Source: an uncultured delta proteobacterium (lineage in GTDB: Bacteria > Myxococcota_A > Polyangia > Polyangiales > Polyangiaceae). From it: 64,000 bases of DNA. This document shows positions 42,027 through 51,587 of the stretch, in pieces. The notes beneath the pieces are model-generated. The model saw nothing but the letters and a program-made list of their open reading frames with translations. It had not been told where the DNA came from and did no database searches. Positions within the stretch are counted from its first letter, which is position 1; the number at the start of each line of letters is the position of its first letter. The DNA lies in the NCBI GenBank assembly GCA_963841435.1, contig CAWJCS010000003.1:608001-672000 (forward strand). Reading direction: 5' to 3'. Position numbers and translations under genes: made by a program.

Positions 42027-43556
42027 CTAGGCCGTCGCGCGCAGCGCGTCGAGCTCGCCCGGATTGGTGATGCCGTTCTCGACCGTGTTCGTGTCGCAAA
42101 CCCCGAACTGCGTGAACGGTTGACCCGTCATCGGGTCACCGCCCATGCCGTTGAGCAACGTCACGAACAGCTTGCTGAGCGGGACCTTCGTCCCCTTGTT
42201 CGACCCGGTGTTGAACGACACCTGGTCGCCGGGGTTCTTGCAGCTCGCCTCGCTGTCGCCGGTGCCGAGCGTTCCGCCGTCCACGTTCACGACTTCGCCC
42301 TGCTTGAGGTAGCCGCCGAGGCTGCCCGCGATCATGATCGGCAGGTTGTTGTTGTTGTGGGCGTTGCCGTCGGCAAGCTCCGGCAGCCAGATGACCGCGG
42401 AGTTGTCGAGCATCGTCTGACCCTCGCCTTCGTTGACGCTGGCGATGAGCTTGACGAGGTCGGTGTACCGACCGGCGTAGAACTGGTCGATCTGGTTGAT
42501 CATGTCGATCACGCCATCGACGCACGTGCCGCTCGTCGCGGCGCTGCCGACGCGATGCGAGAGGCCGTGATGGTCCTTCGTGTGGCCGAGCCAGTCGAAC
42601 GTCACGAAGCCGGGCCACTGCAGGATGATCGACCGGTTGGCGTCGCACATCATGGTGAGCGCGATGAGCTTCATCATCGTGTCACCACCCGCGGTGAACT
42701 GGGTCTCCGTGCTGCCGCCGCCGAAACCGCCGCCGCCGCTCGCCTTCACCTCGTCGGAGGTGATGCCGAGCTGCGTGACGGCATCCTCGTTGCACTGAGC
42801 CGAGACACTGCCAATCTCCGCCTCGCGCAGCAGCGCGAGCCAGTCCGTCACCTTCTTCTGATCGTCGCCGCTCATCGGCAGACGCTGGAAGGTCGAAAGA
42901 TCGTCCTTCACGAGGTCGATGACGCTCTTGCCCTGAGCGACGCGGTAGTCGGCGGGGCTCGGCGTGGCCGTGCTGCCCGTGCCGAACAGACCGGACAGCG
43001 TGTTGTAGACGTTGGAGGCCTTCGTCTCGGGGACGTACGGCTCACCGGCCGCCTTGTACGAGAGGACGGACTTCACGTTGTTGCTCGCGAAGCCGACCGA
43101 CACGACGAGCGGCGTCTTGATGACCGGGTTGAAGAGCTCGGCCATCTGGTGATCCAGCGAACGCTGCATCGCGTAGTGGGAGCCCTCGGGGTCGATGGGC
43201 CCCGCGGTCAGCTTGCTGCCGTTGCCCTGGTCGTGTGGGTCGAAGTACGTGAGCCCGTTGACCTTGACGTTGAAGCCCGCCGGGAACATGGCGAGGCCTC
43301 GCGGGCAAAGCAGCTTGCTCGCGAGGTTCGCCGTGGCGAGCGGCTCGAGGGTCGTCCCCGCGAGCTCGGTGGCGTCGAGCACGCCACTCTCGGTCTTCGG
43401 GAACCAGCGGTTCGTGAGGCAACCGTTCTGCGTGTAGAAGAACACGACACGCTTGGGTGTCGAGGTGTCCGCCTTGGCGGGCTTCTGCAGGGAGGTCAAA
43501 AACGGCGCTGCGAGCGCGGCCCCGCTGACACCTTTCAGGAATATTCTGCGGTTCAT
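42027..43556 (-). CDS. DUF1552 Tat-exported protein (copy 2)
   Basis: MNRRIFLKG..LAAPFL, SLDH, SVID, MMCDANR, HHGLSH, EGEGQTMLDNS. Confidence 0.9.
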   Translation of the reverse strand: MNRRIFLKGVSGAALAAPFLTSLQKPAKADTSTPKRVVFFYTQNGCLTNRWFPKTESGVLDATELAGTTLEPLATANLASKLLCPRGLAMFPAGFNVKVNGLTYFDPHDQGNGSKLTAGPIDPEGSHYAMQRSLDHQMAELFNPVIKTPLVVSVGFASNNVKSVLSYKAAGEPYVPETKASNVYNTLSGLFGTGSTATPSPADYRVAQGKSVIDLVKDDLSTFQRLPMSGDDQKKVTDWLALLREAEIGSVSAQCNEDAVTQLGITSDEVKASGGGGFGGGSTETQFTAGGDTMMKLIALTMMCDANRSIILQWPGFVTFDWLGHTKDHHGLSHRVGSAATSGTCVDGVIDMINQIDQFYAGRYTDLVKLIASVNEGEGQTMLDNSAVIWLPELADGNAHNNNNLPIMIAGSLGGYLKQGEVVNVDGGTLGTGDSEASCKNPGDQVSFNTGSNKGTKVPLSKLFVTLLNGMGGDPMTGQPFTQFGVCDTNTVENGITNPGELDALRATA

Positions 43557-45364
43557 TGCGCAACCTCTTGGGCCCGGAGGCGGAAAGAGTCACTCTGAGT
43601 GAGGTCGGTGATGAGATCGAGCACCGTGTAGCCACCCGCGCTGAGCTTCGATGTGAGGGTGTCAACGGTGCAGGCGTCGGCCGAGTTGAGTGTTCGCTGG
43701 TAGGCGAACTCGACCCACTTCTTGGCGAAGCAGTGCTGCGCCGCGGGCGAGGCGGCGATGGCGTCCATCTCGTCCTTGAAGCCCAGCACGTCCACGGTTT
43801 CGTCGCCGAGGGTCACCGACGCGGTCGTGTCGATGGCCGCCCCGGTGTCGAGCTCGCTGGTCTGCCATTTGCCGATGGCGTCGAACGACTCGAGCGGGAA
43901 GCCCGCCGGGTTGATGTAGCCATGGTGGCAGCCTGCGCAGTCGGCAGGTGCCGTCAGGGCGTCCATGTTTTCGCGGTTCGTCGAGCCCGAGGTCGGGATG
44001 GCGGCGGACTGCGCGTTGGCTGGCGGCGACCCGAGCTCCTGACAGAGCACGTCCTTCTGGATGAAGGCACCGCGCAAGATGGGCGAGGTCCTACCGTAGG
44101 CCGCGTTGACCGTGAGGAACCCGACCTGCGTCAGGAAGCCCGAGCGCGTCGCCGGGTCCAGGTTGGCGAGCATCAAATCAGCACCGAACGCCGCCGGGTC
44201 CAACCCGTAGAGCGGCGCGAGGTCCTTGTTGACGAAGGCCACCGGCTCGGTGATGAGGTCCTGGAACGTTCCGCCACTGTCGAAGATCACGTGGTCGAAG
44301 AACGCCAACGTGGACTGCGTGAGGAGCGGAACCAACGCCTGCGAGAAGAGCGGGTAACGAGCCGGGTCGCGTTGAATGTCGGCCCAGCGCGTACCAGCTC
44401 CCATCTTCAGGAAGGCCTGGTTGAAGCTCGAGACCTTGGAGCGCGCCTGCGGGCTCTGCAGCATCCGTTCCGCCTGCGCCCTGATTTGCTCCGCGGTTCC
44501 GAGCGCGTTCGAGGCCGCGGCCGCCATCAGCTCGGCATCGGGCTTGCTATCCCACAGCATGTACGAGAGGCGAGAGGCCACCTCGTAAGCGCCCAGGGCG
44601 AAGAGGTCACCCTGCGCTTGCTGCGCGATCTCGGCACGCGTCAGGAACGACGGCGAGACGAGGAAGGACTGAAGCATCAGCTTCGCCACCTCGTCGAACG
44701 TCCCGGTTTCGGTGATCGTCGCGGCCTGGTTGAACATGGTCATGAACCGCGTGACCTCGGTCTCGGCGAGGGGCCTGCGGAACGCCTGCTCGCCGAACGT
44801 CCGGACGAACTGGTCGGCACACGCGGCATCCTGCGTGGAGCAGGGGATGGCGCGAGCCTTGGCGGCCGGATCGCTCATGACTTGCGTCGCGATGGCGGCT
44901 GCCGCGTCCTTGTAGCCCTGCCAGGTGCGGTCATCCATGCTCCCGAAGGAGTCGGGGGCCAGCACCGAGACCGCCGCCGAAGCGTCGATCTGGAACAGGT
45001 CCTGAACCGTGTTCGCGAACTGCGAGTTGGTGAGCCGAGGGAGCTGGCTCGTGATGGGAACGCCAGGCACGCAGGTGGATGGGTTCCCGACTGCGCCCGA
45101 GGAGCCGCCCGAGCTCGTGGTTCCGGCGGTGCTACCGCCGGTGCCCGTGCCACCGCTTCCGGTCGCACCCGAGCCCGTGCCGCCGCTTCCGGTGGCACCC
45201 GACCCCATGGTCGCCCCGCTGCCCGTGCCGGGACTGGCGCCAGACCCCGGATTGTTCGGGTTCCCGGGGTCACCCACGGCGGGGGCCTCGATCTTCCCCG
45301 TGCAGCCCGCCGCCAGGGCGGCTGCAAGGACTATCTGACTCCTCCAGGTGTACATGGCAATCAC
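43553..45364 (-). CDS. DUF1592/DUF1588-domain lipoprotein (copy 2)
   Basis: Lipobox AAGC, Gly linker, RLT, AFRRPL, SPSFL, RLSY, TSPILRG, CAGCH; ATGA coupling to DUF1552. Confidence 0.9.
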   Translation of the reverse strand: MIAMYTWRSQIVLAAALAAGCTGKIEAPAVGDPGNPNNPGSGASPGTGSGATMGSGATGSGGTGSGATGSGGTGTGGSTAGTTSSGGSSGAVGNPSTCVPGVPITSQLPRLTNSQFANTVQDLFQIDASAAVSVLAPDSFGSMDDRTWQGYKDAAAAIATQVMSDPAAKARAIPCSTQDAACADQFVRTFGEQAFRRPLAETEVTRFMTMFNQAATITETGTFDEVAKLMLQSFLVSPSFLTRAEIAQQAQGDLFALGAYEVASRLSYMLWDSKPDAELMAAAASNALGTAEQIRAQAERMLQSPQARSKVSSFNQAFLKMGAGTRWADIQRDPARYPLFSQALVPLLTQSTLAFFDHVIFDSGGTFQDLITEPVAFVNKDLAPLYGLDPAAFGADLMLANLDPATRSGFLTQVGFLTVNAAYGRTSPILRGAFIQKDVLCQELGSPPANAQSAAIPTSGSTNRENMDALTAPADCAGCHHGYINPAGFPLESFDAIGKWQTSELDTGAAIDTTASVTLGDETVDVLGFKDEMDAIAASPAAQHCFAKKWVEFAYQRTLNSADACTVDTLTSKLSAGGYTVLDLITDLTQSDSFRLRAQEVAQ

Positions 45365-45457
45365 CTCATTCAGGTGTTGAAAATTCGAAAAAATGCGGCG
45401 CTATAGCGTTTAAGCTCAGGGCGCACGCGGGGCGCTACTGACCTCTACGGACGTTAT

Positions 45458-45477
45458 TGTAACTGGCGCCAGTAACA
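45458..45477. promoter_or_regulatory. Operator-like palindrome overlapping a minus-strand TACAAT -10 box
   Basis: TGTAACTGGCGCCAGTAACA (perfect 12-bp core) about 95 bp upstream of DUF1592 copy 2. Confidence 0.45.
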
Positions 45478-46024
45478 TCAGGCACGGGATCCGGATCGCG
45501 TATCTGTTTTTTTTCCTTGAGCTTTTTGACGGTGACGCGAATTTTCCGCCCCTGAATCAGGATCGAGGCTCGATGACGAAAGCAGCATATCTTTCGCCTG
45601 ATCCGCGAATACGGTAATCCGTTGCTACCCGAGGTGTTCGGCTTCGATGGAACGGCGGTCGCGCACGCGAAAAAAGCTCGCTGAACGACGCCAGAAACGG
45701 CTCTTTCGTGGCTGAGAGCGGGGCGTTCTCCCCCCGTTTCGCTTGCCCACGATCCCTCGACTCGCGGGACGCTCCCGGGGCACGAAAACAATGGTGCGCA
45801 GGCGGAAAAGACCACGGAGTGCCTACCACAGCAGCGCTTTCCACCAACAAGCGATCATGCTTATACAAATAACGACTCTCGAGGCTCACCGTCGCCGGCC
45901 GAGCGGCGCCGCTCGGAGGCCAACCTTGCGGATTTTTTGCGATCGCGCGGGGTGCCGCGAGATTTCTCGTCCCACGGGATTGCGCGATGTCGAGCCCCAA
46001 AGATCGGATTGTACAAGGGCGTAT

Positions 46025-46038
46025 TGGTACCGGTTCCA
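46025..46038. promoter_or_regulatory. LacI-family-like operator
   Basis: TGGTACCGGTTCCA near-palindrome, 11 bp upstream of a second minus-strand TACAAT (46008-46013). Confidence 0.4.
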
Positions 46039-46193
46039 TTGGATCGGACCTGCATGAACGGCCCCGCGCGGCACCGAGCGGGCGGGCGAACCGGGTAGCC
46101 CGCTCACTCTGACCATGGCGGCAAGCGAGCTCGATGGTCGGCGAGCAGCTTGCGTCAGGGTCAGCCCGCCCGATCGGCGCGGGCCAACGGGCG

Positions 46194-46580
46194 TCAACTG
46201 CTACGCCGTAGCTTGAAATAGACAGCCGCGACGGCCAAGAGGCAAACGGCAACGAGCCACGCGTAGCCCTGCCCGGCAGGCAGCGGCGCGGTCGGCTTCA
46301 CGGGCGGCGCGACGGGAATGCACCAGACCTCGCCCCAGCCTTTTGCGTCACCGCGCGTGCGGCACTTCTTCGTGTAGCCACGCGAGCCGAACCGATCGAC
46401 GCAGGCGTCGGGTTTTTCGGACAACGTCTCGCACATCTCGCAGTCGTTGTTCGGCTCCTGCACGTAGTGCACGGTGCACGACTCGACGGCACCGTGGGGC
46501 TCGTCCAGGGCAGCGCGCGCTCCGTTTGGCGCGAATCCGAGCGTGAGACACAAAGCGAGCGTTTCGACGACGGCCTTCAC
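46194..46580 (-). CDS. Small exported Cys-rich protein with C-terminal TM anchor
   Basis: Signal peptide ending ARA, 6-Cys domain, Pro linker, TM and KLRR tail; GTG start inferred. Confidence 0.65.
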   Translation of the reverse strand: MKAVVETLALCLTLGFAPNGARAALDEPHGAVESCTVHYVQEPNNDCEMCETLSEKPDACVDRFGSRGYTKKCRTRGDAKGWGEVWCIPVAPPVKPTAPLPAGQGYAWLVAVCLLAVAAVYFKLRRSS

Positions 46581-46691
46581 GGGTCCATGGCGCGCGGCGA
46601 CCCGGTGCACGCGCGCAGCTTGCCCGCTCGACAATGCTTCGTCAACGGGGCCGGACGCCGCACCACGTCGGCGTACCGCGCGTTCGCGCGA

Positions 46692-47705
46692 TCAGTGCGC
46701 GCCCGGGCCGTTCCCTGCGCGGCCGGTTTCACCACGACCCGCAAGGACGCCCGCGCGTTGCTGGGAACGCACGCCTTCCACCGACGCAATCCGGAACGGG
46801 GGGCTCGCCTCGCCGAAGTAGAGCGTGCGGTGCGGAAACGGGATCTCGACGCCGGCAGCGTCGAAGGCCTTCTTCAGGCGACGCCGATATTCCCGGCCAA
46901 TCGACCACTGCTCGCTCGGCTTGGTCTTGAGGCGCGCCTTGATGACGACGGCGCTGTCGCCGAACGATTCGACGCCGAAGATCTCCATCGGCTCTAGGAT
47001 CTTCGCACCGAACGCGTCGTCGCCGCGAAGACCGTCGGAGACCGTCCGCATGAGTTCGACGACTCGGTCCGTGTCTTCCTTGTAGGCGACGCCGACCTCG
47101 AAAACCATTGCCGACCACACCTTGGTCATGTTCGACAGCGTATCGATCTTGCCATTTTGGAAGACGTGCACGACGCCGGAAAGGTCGCGCAGCGTTATCG
47201 TCCGCAGGCCCATCGACTCCACGAGGCCTCCCGTGCCGTTGATGATCGCCACGTCACCGTTCCGCACGTGATTCTCGAGCAAGATGAAGAAGCCGGAGAT
47301 CACGTCGCGTACGAGCTCCTGGGCACCGAAGCCCACGGCGAGCCCGATGATGCCCGCTCCCGCGATGAGCGGCGCAATGTTCACGCCGACCTGCATCAAG
47401 AGCAGCATGAAGACGAGCCCCCACACGACGACGCGACCGGCCTTGCGCACGATCGCGATGAGCGTTTCCGCACGCTTCGCGTGCTCGCGGGCGATCGCTT
47501 CCTCGGCGTCGGCGCCGCGTTCGGCGGCGCGCGCCGCGAGCCTCTTGCAGCCGAGGTTCAAGAGCCTCAAGAGCACCCAGGCGACGAGCAGCACGACCAG
47601 CACGCGCGGCGCTGCCTTGATTGACCATGCGACGGTCTCCTCGGTGATGCGCTGCCAGAACGCGAGGTCGAGCCAGCTCGTGGGGTCGGCGACGGTAGTA
47701 TCCAT
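46692..47705 (-). CDS. Small-conductance mechanosensitive channel (MscS/YbiO family)
   Basis: AGIIGLAVGFGAQELVRDVISGFF, GDV, GLVESMGLRTI, GVEIPFP. Confidence 0.93.
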   Translation of the reverse strand: MDTTVADPTSWLDLAFWQRITEETVAWSIKAAPRVLVVLLVAWVLLRLLNLGCKRLAARAAERGADAEEAIAREHAKRAETLIAIVRKAGRVVVWGLVFMLLLMQVGVNIAPLIAGAGIIGLAVGFGAQELVRDVISGFFILLENHVRNGDVAIINGTGGLVESMGLRTITLRDLSGVVHVFQNGKIDTLSNMTKVWSAMVFEVGVAYKEDTDRVVELMRTVSDGLRGDDAFGAKILEPMEIFGVESFGDSAVVIKARLKTKPSEQWSIGREYRRRLKKAFDAAGVEIPFPHRTLYFGEASPPFRIASVEGVRSQQRAGVLAGRGETGRAGNGPGAH

Positions 47706-47717
47706 GGCGCGCGACCG

Positions 47718-47733
47718 AGCAGGATTGGTGCCA
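47718..47733 (-). promoter_or_regulatory. Putative sigma54 promoter of the MscS gene
   Basis: TGGCAC-CAATC-CTGCT with exact GG-N10-GC spacing; predicted TSS ~47707, almost on the ATG. Confidence 0.55.
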
Positions 47734-47808
47734 GCGTGGCGTCGCTCGTGTTGCCTCGAGATCGGCTGAGCGCGTGGCGATCCGCCCCAGCGTGGCGATC
47801 GTGCGGGC

Positions 47809-49071
47809 TCAGGGGCTTACGGACTGCTCCCAGAACACAACGTCGCCTTCGCGGTTGGCGACGAACGAAACGCCGCCATCCTGGGAGATCACGACGGCGA
47901 GGCCAGTCGGGTGATCGCCTGCGAAGCGATACGCCGCGCGGTGCCGCGTTCCGACGTTTTCGATTTCCTCGGGCTCTCGCGCGCGTGCCTCGAGGTCGAG
48001 CGCGCGAAAGACTCGGTCAGGCGCCGGAAGCTCCGCGGATACCTCGGCGCCGAACCCGAGCAGCGTGAAGCGCTTGTCGAGGACGACCGCCCCGTCAACG
48101 GCCGCAAGGTTCGCGATCGCCCTGCTGAGCTCGAACAAGCGCCGCTCGAGCTTTTCGAGGTACGCGCTCGGGCTGTCGGCGAAATCCACCCAGCCGACGG
48201 ACGGTTTGGAAGTCGCGGCGGCCACCGCGTCGAGGATCTCGAGCAACAGGCTGCGGTAGCGCCGAGCCGGCTCGTCCTGCTCAAGCCGGTATTTCAGGCG
48301 CAGCCCACGTAGCGGCTCGGGATCCGGCCCCGCGGGGTCAACCATCAGCAACATGCCGCCGTGTCGCGCGCCGCGAACGAGCTGGATCGTGCGCCTTACC
48401 ATCTGCTGGGCCACCCGGCCCACGAGCGAGTGCTCGACGGAGGTGGGCGAGGGGCTACGCAGCTGATGGGCGTCGTGCTCGGCGCGAACCTCCTCGCGCT
48501 CTCGCGCGAACAGCGCCGGCAGCCACTCGGATTCGAACACGTCGAGCGTGGCATCGACGAGCAGGCCGCGTTGGATGCCGCCGACGAGCTTGCCGGCGCT
48601 GCGCACCGCGATCTCGCCCGGACCCGTCACGTGGACGATGGGGTCGAAGGTCCAGTTCGGAACGGTGCTTCTGCCGCCCCAGGTCGGCGCGAGCCACGCG
48701 GGGCCAGAATGGGCCGCACCCCAGATGCGAAGCCGCGACCCCTCGGGCCATGCGCCGATGAGGGAGGTCTCGAACGGAACGGCCAGCGCGAGCCGCCGAA
48801 GCTCCTCGACGTTGAACGGGCGGCTGCGATCGAAGGAGAGGCGCAGCACTCCCTCGTTGGGCGCGCCCGACTCCGGAAGATCCTCGCGCGGCGTGAGCAG
48901 CAGACGAAACCGCAGCGGTCTCGCTTCCTCGACCGTCATCGACGCCTGATAGGCGACCGTGAGCGCTTGCTCGAGGATCGTCAGCGGAACGCGCAACCCC
49001 GCCGTGGCGGCAGGCCAGTGCTCCTCGACGTAGCGGGAAAGCTCGGGAGGGTAGGCGTGGGCGCGCGTCAT
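47809..49071 (-). CDS. Diadenylate cyclase (DisA_N/DAC) domain protein with N-terminal putative sensor (DACNV-like) domain
   Basis: RHGG, AVDGA, GTRHRAA, VISQDG; N-terminal YQAS..EE-x-R; no TM; ATG 49071. Confidence 0.85.
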   Translation of the reverse strand: MTRAHAYPPELSRYVEEHWPAATAGLRVPLTILEQALTVAYQASMTVEEARPLRFRLLLTPREDLPESGAPNEGVLRLSFDRSRPFNVEELRRLALAVPFETSLIGAWPEGSRLRIWGAAHSGPAWLAPTWGGRSTVPNWTFDPIVHVTGPGEIAVRSAGKLVGGIQRGLLVDATLDVFESEWLPALFAREREEVRAEHDAHQLRSPSPTSVEHSLVGRVAQQMVRRTIQLVRGARHGGMLLMVDPAGPDPEPLRGLRLKYRLEQDEPARRYRSLLLEILDAVAAATSKPSVGWVDFADSPSAYLEKLERRLFELSRAIANLAAVDGAVVLDKRFTLLGFGAEVSAELPAPDRVFRALDLEARAREPEEIENVGTRHRAAYRFAGDHPTGLAVVISQDGGVSFVANREGDVVFWEQSVSP

Positions 49072-49516
49072 CGCCGCGAGTATGCCAAAGCGCGGCGCCG
49101 CGTGCCGGACGCCCGGACCGCGCGGACGAGCCCGGTCGCCGCCCGGCCCGAGCCGCGAGTCAACGTCGCGATAGCAAAGCCCCGGCGCGATCTCCTCGTC
49201 GAGGTTCTCGGAGAGGTCCGCCGCGTCGCCCGCGAGCAGGATGGGAACTTCCTCGAGCAGCCGCTGCTTTCCGATCGTCACTTTTACACTTGAAGCCAAC
49301 GCGTGCTCGCCCCCGGGCGGCGGGCCCGGCGCGCCAGCGACGATCCCTTTTCGAAACACTCCCACGTCCTCGCAACCGAGCCGTCGCGGCAAGCGCGACA
49401 TACGAGAACGGGACGTGACCGGACGGTGGCATGATCACCAGATCGATTCGATCTTGTTACGCCGATGGCGGGTCGGGTGTGCGAGGACGGGGGCCTTGCG
49501 AAAGGACTCCCCTGTC

Positions 49517-51574
49517 ATGGCGCGGACGCTCTCTGGATCTATTGCTCTCGGTGCAGTTTCCCTCGTGGTTCTTGCGGTCGCCTGTTCGGGTGACAGCGGC
49601 CCTGCCGGCCCTGCCGGCAAAAACGGCGTGGACGGCAAGGACGGTACCGACCTCACGGGCGAAGCTGGGGCTTCCACGGGCGCCGCCGGCATGGACGGGA
49701 CGGATGGCAAGGACGGCGTGAAGGGTACCGACGGCATGAACGGTACCAACGGCACGAACGGCACCGACGGCATGAACGGTACCAACGGCATGAACGGTAC
49801 CAACGGCATGAACGGTACCAACGGCATGAACGGTACCGACGGTATGGACGGCGTGGACGGGTACCTGGGAGCCACCTTCTCGCCCGTTGCCTACCCGACG
49901 ACCGACGCCGAGAAGCGCGAAATCCTGGCCTCGAGCTCGGTGACGATTGGCTCGGCGTCGTATCCGATCGGGTTTCACGTCCTCGCTCGCTCCGGGCAGG
50001 TCTTCGGGCCGAACAAGTTCGGGCTGATGGTCGATCATGCGATGAACGCCATCCAGAACGAGGACACGTCCGAGCTCATCAGCGATGCCGCCGACTTTTC
50101 GTCGATCCTCAAGGTGGGGCAGAAGCTCTTCAGCATCACGCACTTCGAGTCGAGCCCCGGCGGCATGTACGTGAGCGAGGTCAGCCAGAGCTCGACGAGC
50201 GGCGCGCTCTCTTACACTTCGGCCGTGCCCATCGATTTTTCGAGCGTGCACGGGCTCTGGACGCCCTGCGCCGGCAGCGTGACGCCCTGGGGCAACCACC
50301 TCGGTAGCGAGGAGTATCCGCCGGACGCGGAAGCGTACGAGGGGGCGGCCGATTTCGCGTCCCTCGCCGGCGAAATCAAGGAGATGGTGCGATTCTTCGG
50401 CGTCAATCCGTACGACAGCGCCACCGACCTCGCGGCCGTGCAGGGCGTCTTCAGCCCGTACTACTACGGCTACGCCGTGGAGGTCGCGCTCGACACGACC
50501 GGGGCTCCGACGGTTCACAAGCGCTACGCCATGGGGCGCAAAGCGCTCGAGCTCGCCTACGTGATGCCCGACCAGAAGACCGTGTACATGTCGGACGATG
50601 GTACGAACACGGGATTTTTCATGTTCGTCGCGGACACGGCGGGCGACCTGTCCTCCGGCAATCTCTACGCCGCGAAGTGGGTGCAGACGAGCCCCGCCGG
50701 CGCCTCGGGCGCCACGGCAGACATCGTGTGGATCGACCTCGGCGCGGGCACGGACACGGCCGTGGAGGCGTTGATCGACGGCGGCACCAAGTTCTCGGAC
50801 ATCTTCGCCACGGCGGCCCCGACCGGTAGCACCTGCCCGACGGGCTTCAGCGCGTCGATCGCCGACGGCACCTTCGAGTGCCTCCAGGTCAAGACGGGCA
50901 TGGAGCTCGCGGCGTCTCGCCTCGAGACGAAGCGCTACGCATCGATGCTGGGCGCGACGCTCGAGTTCCGCAAGGAGGAAGGCATCACCTTCGATCCGAC
51001 GAGCAGCACGCTGTTCGTGGCCATGACGGAGGTGTCGAACGGCATGCTCGACGGTCACGCCAAAGACAACGGCGGCCCGAACGACATCAAGGTCGCCGGG
51101 AACTCGTGCGGCGTGGTCTTCGCGCTCGACGTGTCACCGAGCGCCGCGCTCGGTACGAGCTACGCGGCAACCTCCTTCCGCGCGTTCGTCGAGGGAATGC
51201 CCGTGAGCTACCCGGCCGGCTCGGTGTACGCCGGCTACAGCTGCAGCATCAACGGCATTGCGAGCCCCGACAACGTGACGTTCATGCCCGAGTATCACAC
51301 GCTCATCATTGGCGAGGACACGGGCGGCGGCCATCAAACGGACCTCATCTGGGCGTACGACCTCGTGACGCGCAAGCTCACGCGCATCCAGACCACGCCG
51401 TACGGCTCCGAGACGACGTCGCCCTACTGGTATCCGGACGTGAACGGCTTCGGCTACCTCCGGAGCGTCGTCCAGCATCCGTACGGCGAGTCGGACACCG
51501 ACAAGGTCGCGGCGGACTCGGCGGAGCGCCGCGCCTACGTCGGCTTCATCGGGCCCTTCCCCGCCGCACCGTGA
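49517..51574 (+). CDS. phoX: PhoX-family alkaline phosphatase lipoprotein with collagen-like N-terminal stalk
   Basis: Lipobox AVAC; (G-X-X)n; CAGSVTPWGNHLGSEEY, MGRKALE, SDD, KEEG, PDN, GED, ETTS, VQHP. Confidence 0.9.
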   Translation: MARTLSGSIALGAVSLVVLAVACSGDSGPAGPAGKNGVDGKDGTDLTGEAGASTGAAGMDGTDGKDGVKGTDGMNGTNGTNGTDGMNGTNGMNGTNGMNGTNGMNGTDGMDGVDGYLGATFSPVAYPTTDAEKREILASSSVTIGSASYPIGFHVLARSGQVFGPNKFGLMVDHAMNAIQNEDTSELISDAADFSSILKVGQKLFSITHFESSPGGMYVSEVSQSSTSGALSYTSAVPIDFSSVHGLWTPCAGSVTPWGNHLGSEEYPPDAEAYEGAADFASLAGEIKEMVRFFGVNPYDSATDLAAVQGVFSPYYYGYAVEVALDTTGAPTVHKRYAMGRKALELAYVMPDQKTVYMSDDGTNTGFFMFVADTAGDLSSGNLYAAKWVQTSPAGASGATADIVWIDLGAGTDTAVEALIDGGTKFSDIFATAAPTGSTCPTGFSASIADGTFECLQVKTGMELAASRLETKRYASMLGATLEFRKEEGITFDPTSSTLFVAMTEVSNGMLDGHAKDNGGPNDIKVAGNSCGVVFALDVSPSAALGTSYAATSFRAFVEGMPVSYPAGSVYAGYSCSINGIASPDNVTFMPEYHTLIIGEDTGGGHQTDLIWAYDLVTRKLTRIQTTPYGSETTSPYWYPDVNGFGYLRSVVQHPYGESDTDKVAADSAERRAYVGFIGPFPAAP
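49733..49840 (+). repeat. 18-bp tandem repeat x6 (GMNGTN)
   Basis: GGCATGAACGGTACCAAC units (4 perfect, 2 variant) inside phoX. Confidence 0.9.
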
Positions 51575-51587
51575 CGCGAGGCCCGAA

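Noticed and set aside
45435-46252. ORFs in the lower-GC intergenic region
   Set aside because: Atypical codon usage, no SD, no recognisable motifs
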